DNA of 64,000 nt from the NCBI GenBank assembly GCA_026770705.1, contig JANJGN010000210.1, positions 124,001 through 188,000 of the forward strand. Reading direction: 5' to 3'. Positions 13,361-27,454 of the stretch are shown piece after piece (position 1 is the stretch's first letter; every line of letters starts with the position of its first letter). The notes under the pieces are model-generated. The model searched no databases and had not been told where the DNA came from. It saw nothing but the letters and a program-made list of their open reading frames with translations. Made by a program: the position numbers and the translations under genes. The stretch comes from Isurus oxyrinchus. Its lineage: Eukaryota.

Positions 13361-14169
13361 GGCCTGAACGTTTGACCTGTTTTTCTCTCTATTGATGCCC
13401 ACTGACCTGCTGAATGGTTATTTTTTGCCCTGCTTTAGATTTCCGGAACCCGCAGTATTTTGCAGTGTTTTAATTCGGTCTTGGGATATGGGCATCAATG
13501 ATGAATTAATTCTTGCACTTGGCCCTGTCTCAGTTTATTCTAGTCCAGACCATATATCAGGAATCACTGCACTAGACACTGTCTCAGTTTATATTAATTT
13601 AGACCCTGTATCATTAATTGCTGCAGTGGACCCTGTCTCAGTTTACATTAATCTAGACCCTGTGTCAGTCATCTCTGCACTGGACATTGTCTGAGTTTAT
13701 GTTAATCTACACCCTGCATCAGTAACCACTGCACTAGGCCCTGTCTCAGTTTCTATTAATCTCGACCCTGAATTAGTAATGATTGCACTGGACATTGTCC
13801 GAATTTATACTGATCAGGACCATGTATCAGTAAACACTGCACTGGACCCTGTCTCAGTTTCTATTAATCTTGACCCTGTATTAGTAATGACTGCTCTAGG
13901 CTCTGATTCAGTTTATATTAGTCCAGACCTTCTAACAGTAATCATTGGAAAGGACACTGCCTCAGTTTATATTGATCCAGATCCTGTATCATTAATTACT
14001 GCACTAGCCCCTGTCCTAGTTTATAATAATCTCGTCCCTGTGTCAGTAATCACAGCACTCGGCCCTGTCACAGTTTGTATTAATCTAGATTCTGTGTCAG
14101 TAATCACTGCGCTAGATGCTGTCTCACTTGATATTGATCTAGACCTGTATCAGTAATCAGTTTATACTA

Positions 14170-15270
14170 TCACAGAATCACAGAATCACACAGTGCAGAA
14201 GAGGCCCTTTGGCACATCGAGTCTGCACAGACATGTGAAAAACACCTGACCTACCTGCCTAATCTCATTTATCAGCACTTGGCCCATAGCCTTGAATGTT
14301 ATGATGTGCCAAGTGCTCAACCAAGTACATTTTAAAGGATGTAAGGCAATCCACCTCCACCACCCGACCAGGCAGCACATTCCAGCCATCACCACCCTCT
14401 GGGTAAAAAAGGTTTTCCTCAAAAGCCCCCTAAACCTCCTGCCCCTCACCTTGAACTTATGTCTCCTTGTGACTGACCCTTCAACTATGGGCAACAGCTG
14501 CTCCCTATTCACTCTGTCCACACCCCTCATAATCTTGTACACCTCGATCAGGTCTCCCCTCAGTCTTCTCTGCTCCAATGAAAACAACCCAACCTCTCTT
14601 TATAACTTAAATGTTTCATACCAGGCAACATCCTGGTGAATCGCCTCTGCACCCTCTCCAGTGCATCACATCCTTCCTATAATGTGGCGACCAGAACTGC
14701 ATATGGTACTCAAGCTGTGACCTCACCAAGGTTCCATACAAGTCCAACATGGCCTTCCTACTTTTGTAATCTATGCCTCGATTGATAAAGGCAACTGTCT
14801 CATATGCCTTTTTCACCACCCCACTAAGATGCCCCTCCGCCTTCAGAGACCGATGGACACACACGCCAAGGTCCCTTTGTTCCTCAGAACTTCCTAGTGT
14901 CATCCCATTCATTGAATATTTCCTAGTCAAATTACTCCTTCAAAGATGTATCACCTCGTACTTTTCAGTGCTAAATTCCATCTGCCACTTATCTGCCCAT
15001 TTGACCATTCCATCTATATCTTCCTGTAGCCAAAACACTCAACATCACTGTTAACCAACCGGCCAATCTCTGTATCCTCCGCAAACTTACTAATCCTACC
15101 CCACATGTAGGCATCTACTTTCGTTTATATTAATAACAAATAATCGGGGACCCAGCACAGATCCCTGTGGTACACCACTGGACCCTGGCTTCCAGTCACA
15201 AAAGCGTCTTTCTGTCATCACCCTCTGTCTCCTACAACTAATCCAATTTTAGAATTATATTCTTCCCTGC
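14170..15270 (-). mobile_element. 5'-truncated CR1-like LINE
   Basis: ORFs FSLEQRRLRGDLIEVYKIMRG and QRDLGVCVHRSLK...QLEY..QFWSPHYRKD; (CACAGAAT)n tail at 14171-14190. Confidence 0.85.
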
Positions 15271-18200
15271 CTCAGTTTTTATCAATCTAGACCCTGTATC
15301 TGTAATCACCGTACTAGACCTTGTCTTCCTTACATTACTTTAGAGCATCAGTAATCACTGCACTGTGCCCTGTCACAGTTTATATTGAGCTAGACCATGT
15401 ATCAGTAGTCTCTGCACTAGATCTGTCTCAGAATATAATAATCTAGATCCTCTATCTGTATTCTCTGCACTTGAGGCTCTCTCAGTTTATATTAATCTAG
15501 ACCCTGTAACATTACTTACTGCACTAGGTCCTGTCTCAGTTTTTATCAATCAAGACCCTGGATCAGTAATCACTGCAATGGGCATTGTCTCAGTTGACTT
15601 TGATCTAAACCCTGTATCAGTAATCATTGCAACAGACCCTGTCTCAGTTTATATTAATTTAGTCCCTGCAGCAGTCATCACTGCAAGATCTCCTGTCCCA
15701 ATTGTATTTATCTAGGCCCTGTACCAGTGGACATTTCACCAGGCTCTGTCTCAGTTTATGTTGATTCAGACCCTGCATCAGTAATTACTGCACAAGAGCC
15801 TGTCTCAGTTTATATTAATCAAGACCCTGTTTCAGTAATCACTGCATTCGACCCTGTTCTGGTATTAATAATTTGCACCCTGAACCTAAAAGCACTGTAC
15901 TGGACTGCTTCTCAGTTTATATTAATCTAAAGCCTGTACCTGTAGTCACTGCACTAGGCCCTGTCCCATTTTATATGCATCCAACCCTGTAACACAAATC
16001 CTGGCACCAGGCCTTGTCTCAGTTTATATCAATCTAGACCCTATACCAGTAATCACTACACTAGACGCAAGTCATTTTATATCAGTTTGGACCTTATGCC
16101 AGTAATCACTGCACTTGACCCTCTCTGAGTTTATATTAATCTCGGCCCAATATCAGTAATCCCTGCACTATGTCCTGTCTGAGGTTTTCTTTTATCAATC
16201 TAGACCCTGTATCAGTTATCACTGCCTCATCCCAGTTATATTTATCTAGGCCCTATATCAATGAACACTGCACCAGGCCCTGTCTCAGTTTATGTTAGTC
16301 CAGACCATGTATCAGTAATTACTGTACAAGAGCCTGTCTCAGTTTATATTAATCAAGCCCCTTTTTCAGTAGTCACTGCACTCGTCCCTGTTCTGGTTAT
16401 AATAAACTGCACACTGAATCTATAATCACTGCACTTGGCCCTCTCTCAGTTTCTATTAACCTAGACCTTGTATCAGTAATCACTGCAGTAGTCCCTGCCT
16501 CAGTTCATATTTATCTTGGCCCTGTATCAGTAATCACTGCATTAGACATTGTCGGAGTTTATATTGATTGAGACCCTGTATCAGTAATTACTGCGCAAGA
16601 ACCTGTCTCAGTTTATATTAAGCTAGATCCTGTGCCTGTAATCACTACACTAGAACATGCCTCAGTTTACATTAATCTGGATCCTGTATCAGTAATCAGT
16701 GCACTCAGCATTGTCTGAGTTATGCTGAATGAGACACTGTATTAATAAACACTGTGCTAGACCCTGTCTCAGTTTATATTAATCTAGATCCTGTATCAGT
16801 CATCACAGCACTATGGCCTGCCTCAGTTTATATTAGTCCAGACCATCTATCAGTAATAATTGCAATAAGCCCTGTCTCAGGTTATATTAATCTAGATCTT
16901 GTATCAGTAATGACTGCACAAGGCCCTGTCTCACTTTATATTAATCCAGACCCGTATCAGTAATCACTGCACTTGGACCTATCTCAGTTTATATTGATCG
17001 GGACACTGTATCAGTAATTACAGCAATATGGCCTACCTCAGTCTATATCAATTTAGACCGTCTATCAGTATTCAGTGCACTTGGCCCTCTCTCTGTTTCT
17101 ATTAATCTAGACCCTGTATCAATTATCACTGCATGAAGCCCTGCCTCAGTTTATATTAATCTAGCTCTGCATCAGTAATCGCTGCACTGGGCATTGTCTA
17201 AGTTCATATTGATTGAGACCATGTGTCAGTAATCACTGCACTCGGCCCTGCCGCAGTTTATATTAAGCTAGATGCTGTGCAATATGCCAGGCCTCATTTT
17301 GTTTATCAATCTAGACCCTGTATCAGTAATCACTGCACTAGACCTATCTCAGTTTACATTAATTTAGTCCCTGCAGCAGTAATCACTGCCCGAGCCCCTG
17401 TCCCAGTTATATTTATCTGGGCCCTGTGTCAGTGAACACTGCACCAGGCCCTGTCTCACGTTATGTTAGTTCAGACAGTATATCAGTAATTACTGTACAA
17501 GTGCCTGTCTCAGTTTATATTAATCAAGGCCCTGTTTCAGTAATCACTGCACTCGTCCCTGTTCTGGTTATAATAATCTGCACCCTGAATCTATAATCAT
17601 TGCACTTGGCCCTCACTCAGTTTCTATTAACCCATACCCTGTACCAGTAATCACTGCAATATGCCCTGCCTCAGTTTATGTCAATCTCATCCCTGTATCA
17701 GCAATTACTGCAATTTTCCCTACTTTTGTTTATATCAATCTAGACCCTAAATCAGTAATCGCTGCACTAGGCCATGCCTCAGTTCATATTAATCAAGACC
17801 ATGTATCAGTAATCACTGCACTAATCACTATCTCAGTTTTATTTTTATCAAGACCAAGGATCAGTAATCATTGCCCTAGACACTGTCTCATTTTATACTG
17901 ATGTACACCCCGTAACTGTAATCGCTTCAATGGACACTGTTTCAGTTTATATTGACCCTGATCCTGTATCATTAATCACTGCACTATCCCCTGTCCTATG
18001 TTAATCTAGTCCCTGTGACAGTAATCACTGCAATATGGCCTGCCTCAGTTCATATTAATCTAGACCCTAAATCAGTAACTGCTGCACTGCGCCCTGACTC
18101 AGTTCATATTAATTTAGGCCATGCATCAGTTATCAGTGCAATGGACACTGTCTCAGTTTATATTGATATTGATCCTGTATCATTAATCAATGCACTAGCC

Positions 18201-20544
18201 TCTGTCCTACTTTATATTTAGCTCGACCATGTATCAGTAATTACTGCACTATGCCCTCCTCCATTTTTATCATCTAGACCCTGTATTAGTAATCAGTGCA
18301 CTAGTCTCATTTTATATTAATCTAGACCCTGTATCAATAATCACTGCACTGGCCACTGTCTCAGTTTATATTGATCCAGACCCTGTATCAGTAATCCTGG
18401 CATTAGAGCCTGTCTCATTTTATATAAATCAAACCCTGTATAATAATCAGTGCAATGAACACCCTCACTTTATATTGCCCTAGACCCCGTATCGGTAATC
18501 ACTGCACTAGCCGCTGTCCTCGATTTTATTTATCTTGGCCCTGCAACACTAGTCACTGCACTATGGCCTGCCTTAGTTTATATCAATCCAGGTCCTGTAT
18601 CAGTAATAACTTCGCTGAACCCTGTCTCCATTTATGAGTCCAGACCCTGTGCCAGTAATCACTGCACTGGCCCTTATCCCAATACATATTTATGTCAACC
18701 GTCTCTGTTTATACTGATCTGGACGCTGTGCCAGTAATCACTGCACTAGACCCAACATCAGTTTATATCAATCCATATCCTGGATCAGTAATCACTGCAC
18801 TAGTCCCTATCTCTATTTATATTGATCTGGACGCTGTGCCAGTAATCACTGCACTAGACCCAGCATCAGTTTATATCAATCCATATCTTGTATCAGTAAT
18901 CACTGCACTAGACCTTATCTCAGTTTAAATGAGTCGAGAATCTGTATCAGTAATGACAGATCTAGAGAATGCCTCCACTTATTTTAGTCCAGACACTGTA
19001 ACAGTAATCACTGTTCTAGCCCCGGTCCCAGTTTATACTTATCAGTAATCACTGCACAATGCCCTGTCTCAGTTTCTGTCAAGCTAGAGCCTGTATCAGG
19101 AATCACTGCACTAAACCCCGTCTCAGTTTATATTAATCAAGACCCTGTATCAGTAATCACTCCACTGGACACTGCCTCAGTTTATATTGATCTAGACCAT
19201 GTATCAGTAATCACTGCACTAGACCCTGTCTCAGTTTATATTAGCCCTAGAGCCTTGTTCAGTAATTACTGCAATATGGCCTGCCTCAGTTCATATTAAT
19301 TTAGGCCATGTATCAGTAATTACTTCAATGGACACTGTCTCAGTTTATATTGACCCTGATCCTGTATCATTAATCAATGCACTAGCCTCTGTCCTGCATT
19401 ATATTTACCTTGGTCCTGCATCAGTAATTACTGCACTTGGCTCTGTCTCAGTTTACATTTATCTAGACCTTGTATCAGTAATCACTGCACTATGCCCTGC
19501 CTCTGTTTTTATCATCTAGACCCTGTATCATTAATCATCACACTAGGCTCTGTCTCAGTTTATATTAATCTAGACTCTGTATCAGTAATCATCACACTAG
19601 GCTCTGTTTCAATTTATGTTAATCAAGACCCCGTATCGGTAATCACTGCACTGGACACTGTCTCAGTTTATATTGATCTAGACCATGTATCAGTAATCAC
19701 TGCACTCGGCTCTGTCTCAGTTTATATTAGCCCTAGAGCCTTGTTCAGTAATTACTGCAATATGGCCTGCCTCAGTTCATATTAATTTAGGCCATGTATC
19801 AGTAATTACTTCAATGGACACTGTCTCAGTTTATATTGACCCTGATCCTGTATCATTAATCAATGCACTAGCCTCTGTCCTGCTTTATATTTACCTTGGT
19901 CCTGCATCAGTAATCACTGCACTAGACTCTGTCTTTTTATATTAATCTAGACTCTGTATCCGTAATCATCACACTAGGCTCTGTTTCAATTTATGTTAAT
20001 CTAGACCCTGTATCGGTAATCACTGCACTGGACACTGTCTCAGTTTATATTGATCCAGCCCCTGTATCAGAAATCACTGCACTAGGCTCTGTCTCAGTTT
20101 ACATTAATCTAGACCCTGTATCAGTAATCACTACACTATGCCCGGCCTCTGTTTTTATCGTCCAGACCCTGTATCAGTAATCATGACACTAGGCTCTGTC
20201 TCAGTTTATATTAATCTAGACCCTGTTTCAGTAATCACTGCACTGGACACTGTCTCAGTTTATATTGATCCAGACCCTGCATCAGCAATCACTGCAGTAG
20301 GCCCAGTCTCAGTTTATATTTGTCTCGGCCCTGTATCAATAATCTCTGCACTGGACATTGTCTGAGTTTATATTAATCTTGACCCTACTTCAGTTTTCAT
20401 TGCACTGGACCCTGTCTCAGATTCTATTGAACTAGACCCTGTATTAGTAATGAATGCACTGGACATTGTCTGAGTTTATATTGATCAGGACCATGTATCA
20501 GTAAACACTGCACTAGAACCTGTCTCAGTTTCTATTAATCTAGC

Positions 20545-20692
20545 CATCTATGTCATTTATATAAATGACAAATAATAGGGGACCCAGCACAGATCCCTGT
20601 GCTACACCACTGGACACTGGCTTCTAGTAACTAAAGCATCCTTCTGTCATCATCCTCTGTCTCCTACAACAAAGCCAATCTTTGAATTATAT
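20545..20692 (-). mobile_element. Copy of the 5' junction of the CR1 at 15112-15265
   Basis: Near-identical sequence (GGGGACCCAGCACAGATCCCTGTG...GAATTATATTCT) with the same satellite junction. Confidence 0.8.
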
Positions 20693-23600
20693 TCTGCCCT
20701 GTCTCAGTTTTTATCAATCTAGACCCTGTATCAGTAAGCACTATACTAGGCCTTGTCTCAGTTTACATTAATTTAGAGCCTGCATCAGTAATCATTGCAC
20801 TGTGCCCTCCGCAGTTTATATTAATCAAGACCCCGTGTCAGTAATCACTGCACTGGATACTGCCTCAATTTATATTGAGCTAGGCCATGTATCTGACATC
20901 TCTACACTAGACCTGTCTCAGATTATATTAATCTAGACCCTGTACCTGTAATCTCTGTACTTGAGGCTCTCTCAGTTGATTTTAATCTAGCCCCTGTAAC
21001 ATTAATCGCTGCACTAGGCCCTGTGTCAGTTTTTACTAATCAAGACCCTGTATCAGTATTCACTGCAGTAGAAACTGTCTCAGTTGATATTGATCTAGAC
21101 CCTGTCTCAGTTTATATTGATCCTGGTCCCACATCTGTTATCTCTGCACTAGATTCTGTCTCACTTTACATTAGCCCAGTCCCTCTATCAGTAATCACTG
21201 CACTAGATCCATTCTCAGTTTATATTAATTTAGTCACTGCAACTGTAATCATTGCAAGAGCTCCTGTCCCAGGTATATTTATCTGGGCCCTGTATCAGTG
21301 AACACTTCACCAGGCCCTGTCTCAGTTTATGTTGGTTCAGACCCTGTATCAGTAATTACTGCACAAGGGCCTGTCTCAGTTTATATTAATCAAGACCCTG
21401 TTTCAGTAATCATTGCACTCGACCCTGTTCTAATAATAATAATTTGCACCCTGAACCTAAAAGCAGTGCACTGGACTGTTTCTCAGTTTCAATTAATCTG
21501 GACCCTGTACCTGTAATCACTGCACTGGACCCTGTCCCATTTTTCTGCACCCAATCCTGTAACACAAATCATGGCACTCGGCCTTGTCTCAGTTTATATC
21601 AATCTAGGCCCTGTATCAGTAATCGCTGCAATAGATCCTATGTTTTTATAACAATTTAGACACTATATCAGCAATCACTGCACTTGAGCCTCTCTGACTG
21701 TATATTAATCTCGGCCCGGTATCAGTAATCCCTGCACCATGCCTTGCCTCAGCTTTTTTTTATGAATCTAGACCCTGTTTCAGTTATCCCTGAACTAGGC
21801 CCCATCTCAATATCTATATTAACCTAGACCCTGTATCAGTAATCACTGCCCGAATCCCTGTGCCAGTTATATTTATCTAGGCCCTGTATCAGTGAACACT
21901 GCACCAGGCCCTGTCTCAGTTTATGTTAGTTCAGACCGTGTATCAGTAATTACTGCACAAGAGCCTGTCTCAGTTTATATTAATCAAGACCCTGTTTCAG
22001 TAATCACTGCACACGTCCCTGTTCTGGTTATTATAATCTTCACCATCAATCTATAATCACTGCACTTGGCCCCCTCTCAGTTCCTGTTAACCTAGACCCT
22101 GTATCAGTAATTACTGCAGTAGGCCCTGCCTCAATTTATATTTATCTCATCCCTGTATCAGTAATCACTGCCTTGGGCATTGTCTGAGTTTATATTGATT
22201 GAGACCCTGTATCAGTAATTACTGCACAAGAACCTGTCTCAGTTTATATTAAGCTAAATCCTGTGCCTGTAATCACTGCACTAGAGCATGCCTCAGTTTT
22301 TATAAATCTAGATCCTGTATCAGTAATCAGTGCACTCGGCATTGTCTGAGTTTATATTGATTGAGACCCTGTATCAGTAAACACTGGACTAGAGCCTGTC
22401 TCAGTTTATATTTATCTGGACCCAGTATCAGTAATCACTGACTATGGTCTGCCTCAGTTTATAACAGCCTAGACCCTGTATCTGTAATCACTGCACTTCG
22501 CAGTGTCTCAGTTTTCACTTATCAAGACCGTGCATCAGCAATCACTGCAATGAACACTGTCTCCATATATATTGCTCTCGGCTCTGTATCACTGCAATAT
22601 GCACTCCCTCAGTTTATATCAAATAGACCATGTGTCAGTAATCACTGCACGAGACCCTGTCACAGTTTATATTAACAAAGAGCCTGCATTTGTCATCACT
22701 GCACAATGCCCTGCCTCAGTTTATATCAATCAAGACCCTGTATCAGTAATCTCTGCACTAGGCCCTGTCTCCATTGATATTGATCTAGATCTTGTATCAG
22801 TAATCACTACAAAGGACACTGTCTCAGTTTATATTGATCATGATCCCGTATCATTAATCACTGCACTAGCCCTTGTCCTGGCTTATATTTATCTAGGCCC
22901 TGTCTCAGTTTATATTAATCTGTACCTTGTATCAGCAATCACTGCACTATGCCCTGCCTCAGTTTTTTTAAAATCAGTCTAGACCCTGTATCAGTAATCA
23001 CTGCACTAGGCCTATCAAAGTTTATATTAATTTAGCCCCTGCAGCAGTAATCACTGCCCGAGCCCCTGTCCCAGTTATATTTATCTGGGTCCTGTGTCAG
23101 TGAACAGTGCACCAGGCCCTGTCTCAGGTTATGTTAGTTCAGACCGTGTATCAGTAATTACTGTACAAGAGCCTGGTTCAGTTTATATTAATCAAGGCCC
23201 TGTTTCAGTAATCACTGCCCTCGTCCCTGTTCTGGTTATAATAATCTGCACCATGAATGTATAATCACTGCACTTTGCCCTCTCTCAGTTTCTATTAACC
23301 TGGACCCTGCATCAGTAATCAATTCAATATGCCCTTTCTTAGTTTATATCAATCTAGACCCTAAATCAGTAATCGCTGCACTAGGCTGTGCCTCAGTTCA
23401 TATTAATCTAGACCATGTATCAATAATCACTGCAGTAGACACTATCTTAGTTTTATATTTATCAAGATATTGGATCAGTAATCACTGCACTAGCCCCTGA
23501 CCTAGTTTATATTGCTCTCCTCCCTGTGTCAGTAATCACTGCACTAGGCCCTGCCTCACTTTATTTCAACCTAGAACATCTATCAGTAATCACTGCACTA

Positions 23601-24529
23601 GGCTCTGTCTCACTTTATAGCAACCTAGACCTTCTATTAGTAATCACTGCACTAGGCTCTGTCTCAGTTTATATTGATCTAGACCCTGAATTAGTAATCA
23701 CTGCACTATGGCCTGCCTCAGTTCATATTAATCTGTTCCTAAATCAGTAATCGTTGCACTAGGCCCTGCCTCAGTTCATATTAATTTAGGCCATGTACCA
23801 GTAATCACTGCAATGGGCACTGCCTCAGTTTATACTGACCCTGATCCTGTATCATTAATCACTGCACTAGCCTCTGTCCTATTTTATATTCACCTCGGCC
23901 CTGTATCAGTAATCACTGCACTATGCCCTGTCTCAGTTAACATTAATCTAGACCCCGTATCAGTAATCTCTGCACTATGCCCTGCCTCAGTTAACATTAA
24001 TCTAGACCTTGTATCAGTAATCTCTGCACTATGCCCTGCCTCAGATTTTATCATCTGGACCCTGTATCAGTCATCACTGCACTCAGCTCTGTCTCAGTTT
24101 ATATTGATTCAGACACTGTATCAGTAATCATTGCACTAGCCACTGTCCTCATTTTTATTTATCTAGGCCCTGCATCAGTAATCACTGCACTATGCCCTGC
24201 CTCAGCTTATATCAATCCAGATCCTGTATAAGTTACCACTTCGCTTGACCCTGTCTCAGTTTATATTAGTCCACAACCTGTATCAATAATGACAGAGCTA
24301 GAAAATGCCTCAGTTTATGAGTCCAGATCCTGTATCAGTAATCACTGCAATGGCCCCCATCCCAGTATATATTTATATAGACCCTGGATCAGTAATCACT
24401 GCACTAGCGCCTGTCTCTGTTTATATTGATCTAGACCCTGTGTCAGTAATCACTGCACTAGACCCAGCATCAGTTTATATCAATCTAAACCCTCAAGCCA
24501 GACCCTGTATCAGTAATCGCAGCACTATA

Positions 24530-24870
24530 ATAAAAGCAAAAAACTGTGGATACTGGAAATCCAAAACAAAAACAAAAATACCTGGAAAAACTCAGCAGAA
24601 CAGGCAGCATCTGGGGAGAGGAGCACAGTTAACGTTTCAAGTCCGCATGACTCTTCAACAGAACTAAGGAAAAATAGAAAAGGGGTGAAATATGTCTTAT
24701 TAGCTTATATCCCACCATTCCCCGCCCCCTTTAACCAGCTTATATTTCACCCCTTTCCTATTTTTCCTTAGTTCTGTTGAAGAGTCATGCAGACTTGAAA
24801 CATTAACTGTGTTCCTCTCCACAGATGCTGCCAGACCTGCTGAGATTTTCCAGGTATTTTTGTTTTTGTT
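24530..24870. mobile_element. Inverted pair of Penelope-like termini with target-site duplication
   Basis: Arms ~24563-24692 and ~24741-24870 are reverse complements; flanked by ATCGCAGCACTATA / ATCGTAGCACTATA. Confidence 0.8.
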
Positions 24871-25479
24871 ATCGTAGCACTATACTCTGTCTCAGTTTAT
24901 ATTAATCAAGACCCTGTTTCAGTAATCATAGCACTTGGTCCTGCCTCAGTTTATATTAGTCTAGATCCTTTATGAGTAATCATTGCACTAGCTCCGGCAT
25001 CAGTTTATATCAACCTAGACCCTGTATCGCTAATCACTGCACTGGACACTGCCTCAGTTTATACTGATCTACACCCTGTATCAGTAATCATTGCTCTAGT
25101 CCCTGTCCTAGTTTATTTTTATCTCAGCCCTCTATGAATAATCATTGCACTATGGCTTGCCTCAATGTATATCAACCTAGACCCTGTATCAGGGCATTGT
25201 CTGAATTTATATTGATCAAGATCCTGTATCAATAAACACTGTCCCAGTTTATATTAATCTAAATTCTGTGTCTGTAATCAGTGCACTTGAGCATATTTCA
25301 GTTCATATTAATCTAGATCCTGTATCAGTTATCACTGCACGTGAGCCTGTCTCAGTTTACATTAATCTAGATACTGTATCAGTAAGCATTACACTAGGCC
25401 TTGTCTCAGTTCATGATAATCTAGACCCTCCATTAGTAATCACTGCACTAGGCACTGTCTCAGTTTATATCAATCTGGA

Positions 25480-26785
25480 TAAAAGCAAAATAGTGCGGAT
25501 GCTGGAAATCTGAAAGAAAAGCATAAAATGCTGGGACATTGCAGCAGGTCTGACAGCACCTGTGGTGAGAGAAGCAGAGCTAACTTTCTGAGACCGTATG
25601 ACCTTCCTCAGAGCTAAAGAGAAGTCGAAATGTGATGACATTTACTGTTTAAACGGGGTGGAGCAGGTCAAGCTGGATAGAAGGCAAGCAATAGGTAGGA
25701 GTAAGGTGACACTGCCAAACATATCATAGGCAAACAGAAAAAGGGAGTGTTAGTGGCAGTGGTAAGGCTAAAGTAGGTGTTAATAGAGTCATAAAGGTAA
25801 GAAAGCAGAATGTGTTAACAGCAGAGCCAGAATCAACACACTGTGAAAGAACAACTTGGGACAAGTAACTGATGGCACTTTTGGGGGTGTGGTAGGGGTG
25901 GTTGGGGAAAAATGGTATAAAAAGGAACGTAAAAGGGGATAAAAAAAGGATAAAACAATGAATAAATGAATAAGGCTGTAACATTCATAATTTTAAGATG
26001 AGTTTCTGTTCCTCCAGTTTGCGTTGGGCTTCACTGGGGCAATGCAGCAGGTCAAAGAGGGACATGTGGGTATCAGAGAAGGATGGCATGTTGAAATTGC
26101 AAGCGACAGGAAGGTCTAGGTCATGCTTGTAGATAGACTGAAGGTGTTCCACAAAGCGGCCTGCCAGTCTGTGTTTGGTGTCCTCAATCTAGAGGAGACT
26201 GCATTGGGAGCAGCGAATGCAGTCGACCAAATTGAAGGAGGTGCAATGCAGCAATGCTTCACCTGAGTGTTTAGGCCCTTGGACGGTGAGGAGGGAGGAG
26301 GTAAAGGGGCAGATGTTGCATCTTCTCTGATTGCTTGGGAAGGTGCCATGGGAAGGGATGAGGTGTTGCGGATGATGGAGGAGTGGACCAGGGTGTCTCA
26401 GAGGGAACAGTCCCTGTGGAATGCTGACAGGGGTGGGGCTGGAGTGGTGAGGGGAAGGTATGTTTGGTGGTGGTATCATGTTGGGGTTAGTGGAAAAGGC
26501 GGAGGATGATCCTTTGAATGCTGAGGTGGTGGGATGAAACGTGAGTAAAAGGAGGACTTTATCATGATTCTGGGAGAGAGGGGAATGTGTGAAAGCAGAG
26601 ATGTGGGAGATGGGTCGGACACAGTTGAGGGCCCTGTCAACCACAGTGGGTGGGTAACCTTGGTTAAGGAAGAAGGAAGGCATGTAAGAAGCATCATTTT
26701 GGATAGTGGCATCATCGGAACAGATGTGAAGGAGGTGAACAAATTAAGAGAATGGAATGGCGTTTTTCCAGCATTTTCTGATTTT
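25480..26785 (-). mobile_element. Penelope-like retroelement 3' part (RT end plus GIY-YIG endonuclease, decayed)
   Basis: ORF 26189-26683: FFLNQGYPPTVVDRAL...GTFP...RRCNICPF...FNLVDCIRCSQC, typical of the PLE linker/GIY-YIG start. Confidence 0.8.
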
Positions 26786-27454
26786 ATATCAACCTAGACC
26801 CTGTATTAGTAATTACTGCACATAACACTTCCGCCGTTGGCATTAACCTCGGCCCTGTATAAGTAATTACTACACTAGACCCTGTCTCAGTTTATATCAA
26901 TCTAAACCCTGTATCAGTAATCACTGCACTAGGCCCTGTCTCAGCCTATAATAATCCAGGCCCTGTATCAGGAATCACTGCACTAGACCCTGCCTCAGCT
27001 TATGTCAATTGAGGCCCTGTTTTAATAATTCCTATACATCCCCTGTTCAATTTATCTTACGTCCTCATTTGTAACTGTAAAAGCTAGATTACACTTTGCT
27101 TAGGTTATTGTTGTACAGGTGAACATCACTGTTAATAGTACAATGGGCCTTATCTTGTTTATTATTGCAGCCGTCCATATCTCTACTTGTGTTGCAATTG
27201 GTCCTTTCCCAGTTATCACTGCACCTGGCGCTGCTGCAGTTTATATCATGCATATCATGCGCCAGTTATTACTACATTAGGCCGTGCTTCTGTGCACACT
27301 CCAATTAACCCTTATCCAGTTCGCACTGTTGTACAACCATGTTTTAATTTATATTTCACTGCAAATTGTGTTTTGTTGTTTTACACTGAACCATGCTTCA
27401 GTTATCACTGCCCTTGACCTGCTGAACTTGTCTCACTGATGACTGTACTGGACC

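Larger units (their letters stand above)
13510..27030 (+). repeat. Large satellite array: 54-bp dimer of two 27-bp monomers, interrupted by TE insertions
   Basis: Consensus ACCCTGTATCAGTAATCACTGCACTAG + GCCCTGTCTCAGTTTATATTAATCTAG; source of the many DPVSVITAL/GPVSVYINL ORFs. Confidence 0.95.

Noticed and set aside
13392-25513. Many ORFs encoding DPVSVITAL/GPVSVYINL repeats (solenoid-like protein?)
   Set aside because: A by-product of a 27-bp unit with a stop-free frame; frequent stops and frameshifts and TE insertions argue against coding.
13510-27030. Satellite as an RSS array, switch region or CRISPR
   Set aside because: AGTTTATAT...CACTGCA has a 24-nt spacer and lacks the essential CAC end. 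It is not AGCT- or G-rich like switch regions, has no unique spacers, and the DNA is eukaryotic.
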